DNA from: Streblomastix strix
Taxonomy: Eukaryota
Reading direction: 5' to 3'
Assembly (NCBI GenBank): GCA_008636045.1
Contig: SNRW01000029.1
Location: 1 to 38,639 of the forward strand
DNA: 38,639 nucleotides
Under the pieces are notes generated by a model. The model was not told the DNA's origin. It saw only the letters and a program-made list of their open reading frames with translations, and did not search any database. Below, piece by piece: positions 34,603 to 38,639 of this stretch (positions are counted from its first letter, which is position 1; each line of letters begins with the position of its first letter). Made by a program: the position numbers and the translations under genes.

Positions 34603-37600
34603 ATGGAAGAGAGCAGATTACTCGAATCTCAAGGCTTCCAAGTATTCAAAACTATCGGTGAATTTATTTTTTATTATTCATTTCATTCAATGATTAATTA
34701 CTTGTTTATTTTAAATAGGTCAAGGGGCTTATGGACAGTTTGGCGATTAAAATCAAATGTTAAATTTCTATTTGAACCAATTTTATCCAGCATTTTTTTA
34801 GTTTACCATCGGGAATTGGGTGTAGTTGCAGCTAAGGTTATGAAGAATGAATTATTTGATGTTAACGAGTGGAATGTTTCAGGAATCCTGAACAGCGATC
34901 CACATAATATGTGCCCTTTTATTGTTCGCAATATCCTGGCTAAGAAATTTGATAAGATGACAGTGATATTGATGGAGTTTGCGAACTTGGGAGTATGAAA
35001 ACGAATTTTATTATAAAATTTTTTATTATTATCATTTTTTGATTTATAATAAAAATTAGAACTTGAAAAATATAACCGATACAAATGTGAATATTCCTTT
35101 ACCAACGGTTAGAGTAATTATGAAATAACTCTGTATGACATTAATTCAATTATATATTTATTGATAATAAATAATTTTAATAATTTTGTAATTATTCATT
35201 TTCATAAATTGTTATATATTATTAATTCAGTGTAAGGGCTGAGTTATATTCATTCCAAAGGAATCGTTCATAGGTATATATTAAATAGATCATTATATAT
35301 TTTACAAATTGTTTCAATTTATTAGATTTAATCTATTATTTATTAATTCATATATTTCTTTTTCATATTTTCTTAGAGATATCAAAGGAGCGAATATCTT
35401 ATTGCATAATCCTCTTAATACAGGACGAATTGTTTGCTCATTATTTGAAATATAATTTGACACTTTCTGATATTTTATTTATTTGTTTATTTTAATATTT
35501 ATTTATATGAAATTTAGAATCTGTAGATCGCAGATTTTGGTGTTGTTAAAATATTAACAGAAGCTTAACGAACTGCTCTCATGTCAGTTGTTGGGTATTA
35601 ATTTAATTACATAATTTTGTTATAATTATATCTATTAGCAGAATTGCATTAATATATCTTATTTTGAATATTATAATTTTAAAATTTATTTTTATATAAA
35701 ATGTAGAACGAATGCATTCATGTCACCTGAACTCCTTCTTGGGAATGATAATGAACTTAAATCTGCTGATGCCAAAGTATTTTTGATTTTAATTGATTAA
35801 ATTTTATAAATTTAATATTTTTAATATTTTATTATTTTTATAATAAATAAAATTTTTGAAGGTTGATGTTTGGTCATTTGGAATTTTAATATATCAGATT
35901 GTAACTCATACATTTCCTTTTAATCCATATAAGATTGGGTCAATTTTTTAGTATGAAACTTTATTATATATATTAATTGATTTATTTATTTTAATTCATT
36001 TAATATTAAATTATTTAATAATTTTTTCAACCTATATTTTATTTTAGATTCGCAAGCAGCAAAGTTCTAATTCGCCCTTATTCAATCACTGATGATAATC
36101 TCTGGAATCTTTTAGTTAAGATGCTTGCATTTGATAGAAAAGATCGCATTTCAGCAGAAGATGCACTCAAACACCCATTTTTCTCCAGTTAATAAGCATT
36201 ATCGGAAATCACATAAGAATAAAGACATTTGGCTTAAACTGCTCAAATTGAATAACAAAATGGAAATTAATAAATAACATAATTTGATACTGATCCTTCA
36301 TTTAGCCTTCCAATCACAGAAATTTAGACGATTCTTGGTCCAGTAGATCCTGAGAATGAATTGTAATTAATTTAATAACAAATATAATCTATATAACAAA
36401 ATCAATATAAAAATTCATAATTTTAATTCCCTTATTATTAACAATAAGATTAAATTTTAATAAATAATCCATTATAATAAAATATTAATCATCAATAATT
36501 TCTAATTCCAATCCATCCTGATTTGGATGCGTCATAATCATCTTCAATACATTCTTAGTTTACTTTTCATTAATAAAATCCTTCATAGGAAGATTCTCAT
36601 TTTTTTAAGATGAATTCAAAAAAGAAACCTGATCAATAAACATAACGACCTTAATTATTATTCCAAATGGAAGATACTATATAATAATCATAAGATAAAA
36701 AAATTGATGAAAATATTGAAGATTAGTCACCAATACCTTGCGAAATTTGCAATTAATTAATAAAATTTAATGACTTTCAAAATCATATTAAAAAATGTTA
36801 ATAAAATGAATTCAAGAAAACAAATTTTAATTAAAAAAATATAGACAAAGTGAATGATTAAATAAAATCAATTAAAAAAATAGAGAATATTAACTTTAGT
36901 GGATAAGTTAAATAAAATGTTAAATGAAAAGAAATTTAGAAATAAAAAGAAATTGAGAAATATTCACCTTCAGGATCTGTACGAGATAAAGATGAGGTGA
37001 TGTCTAATGATACAGATAAAGTTGAATTTAATAACCTGTTAGAGCGTCAAAGGCGAGATGAAGAAGCAGAAGAGAAAAGAAGAATTGAAATTGAAAAGAA
37101 AAGATAAGAAGAAGAACAAAATAAAAGAGATTAATAATTAACAGAGATTAAAATGAAATAAAATGAATTAGATTAATTAAATGTTATTAAATCAGAAGAA
37201 TATGAGAAAGATAAGAAAGATAAACTTTAAAGAGAGATTGATGTTATGGAAAAAGTTCGACAGTAGATGAGTATTAATGAAGATAAGATTCGAGAAAAGA
37301 AATAAAAAGAAAGAGAATAACGCCAGATACAGTTGGATTAAGAGAGAGAATAAAGATGGAAGGAATTTGAGATAATGTAAGAGAGGAAAAGAAAGGAAAT
37401 TGAAGATGAAAGATAAAAGAGATGGAAAGAAGAAGAAGAATAAAGATTGAGACGACAAATGTAATAAGAAGAAGAAGATAAATAGAGAAGAGAAAAAAGA
37501 TTGAATAAAAGAGAAGAAGAAAAAAAGAAGTAAGAAGAATAAGATAAGAAGAAGAAGGAACAAGAATAATAAGAAATAAAGAAAAAATTAGAAGATTAAA

Positions 37601-38639
37601 TTAAATAGAGACAAGAAATAGAATAAAGAAGTTTATAAGAAGAAGAAGAGAAAAGAAAGAAATAAGAATAAGATCAGATTGAGAGAGATAGAATAAAGAA
37701 ACAACAGGACGAAGCCCGAGAATTGAAGAGAAAAGCCAATGAAGAAGAGCGTGAAAGAAGAAATAATGAATTTGAATTAGAATTGAAGAAGCGTCGATTA
37801 GAAGAAGAAGCATAACTAATTGCCAGAAGAGAAGAAAGATAAAGGAAAAGAGAAGAGGATCGAGAAAAAAGAAGATTTGAGTTAGAAGAGGGGCTCAAGA
37901 GCAGAGATGAAGAAAGAAAGAAGAAGAAGGAAGAAGAAGATAGGAAGAAGAAGGAAGAAGAAGAATTACAGAAGAAATAATAAGAAGATGAATAAAGACA
38001 GAAAGAATTGGAATAAGAAGAGCTGAAGATGAAAGAAGAAGAAGAAATGAGAAGGATCATTGAGGAATAAGAATAAGATGAATGAGAATAAGAAGAAAAG
38101 AAGAAGAAGGAAGAAGAAGATAAAAAGAAGAAGAAAGATGGATCTGATACATGGAAATAGAAAGAATTGCAGAAGTTAATAGAAGCCGAATCTGAAAGAA
38201 AGGATAAAGAAAAAGATTATAAAGAAAAAGATAAAGAAAAACAACGTCAATAATTATAATTATAATAAAGTCATAAACATCATCCAAGATCAACGAGTGA
38301 AGTTAAAGAAAGAGATCTGAACCAAGCAATGGGTATAATGTTATCTGGAGGTAATAATAATAATATTGATGGACCAGGAAACAATACTAATTAGTAATAA
38401 TAATAGAGCAATGAATATGTGAATGAACTAAAACGTGGATTGAAGCATCAGAATTCAGCACTTGCGCATACAAGAGCATAAACATCAGTATTCACACCTA
38501 ATTAAGAAGATAAAGAATTGAAAGAAGATGAAGATGATAAAGAAAAAGAGAAATTAAACGAATAACAAAGAAAGAAAGATATTATATTTGAACAAGACCG
38601 ATTAAAAGAATTAGAAAGATTGAGAGACAAACAGAAGTA
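34603..38639 (+). CDS. Ser/Thr protein kinase with a Q-rich linker, CCHC zinc finger and long E/R/K helical tail (runs off the window). Exons 34603-34657, 34719-34737, 34791-34992, 35060-35132, 35231-35273, 35377-35431, 35518-35594, 35707-35776, 35862-35950 and 36048->38639
   Basis: Spliced motifs IGQGAYGHIF, VAAKVM, ILMEFANLG, IVHRDIKGANIL, IADFG, VGTNAFMSPE, VDVWSFG and DRISAEDALKHPFF. All nine introns are GT-AG and phase-consistent. In-frame TGAs at 36925 and 38083, with the frame continuing afterwards. Confidence 0.92.

Noticed and set aside
34603..34998. 131-aa ORF taken as one continuous kinase exon
   Set aside because: It reads through two introns and misses the glycine loop; the spliced model restores GQGAYG.
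36925..36927. In-frame TGAs as selenocysteine
   Set aside because: They lie in low-complexity, non-redox contexts and no SECIS-like structure was recognised.
37192..38293. F/L/S-rich minus-strand ORFs in the track (also 1795-2231, 23639-24020, 27472-27995) that look like membrane proteins
   Set aside because: They are antisense shadows of E/K/R-rich + strand coding sequence read with TAA/TAG=Gln.

Overview
AT-rich, intron-containing eukaryotic DNA that reads with TAA/TAG = Gln and TGA as stop (translation table 6 type). The supplied standard-code ORF track is therefore mostly fragments and antisense shadows. The code, the short AT-rich GT-AG introns and the gene and repeat families suggest an oxymonad such as Streblomastix strix (inference). 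Host genes on +: the 3' part of a large hypothetical gene (3..3062), a type-I membrane protein with a possibly inactive papain-like domain (17887..19207), an ARM-like+RRM protein (20017..22877), a FANCJ/RTEL1-type Fe-S helicase that breaks off before motifs V/VI (23472..27740), and a 10-exon Ser/Thr kinase with a CCHC zinc finger and a long E/R/K tail (34603..end). Between them lie layered mobile DNA relics. One is a decayed minus-strand gene cluster resembling a Polinton/Maverick-like virus (about 6.6-17.4 kb: fibre-like repeat protein, putative capsid, KilA-N). Its capsid-like gene is split by a complete 4204-bp hAT transposon (10508..14711, TIRs plus 8-bp TSD). There are also a retroviral-type integrase pseudogene with a D,D(35)D triad, a tyrosine-recombinase pseudogene, and several short GC-rich repeat motifs. 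Three isolated in-frame TGAs in otherwise open host exons raise the possibility of UGA read-through. All calls come from manual translation; no database searches were run.
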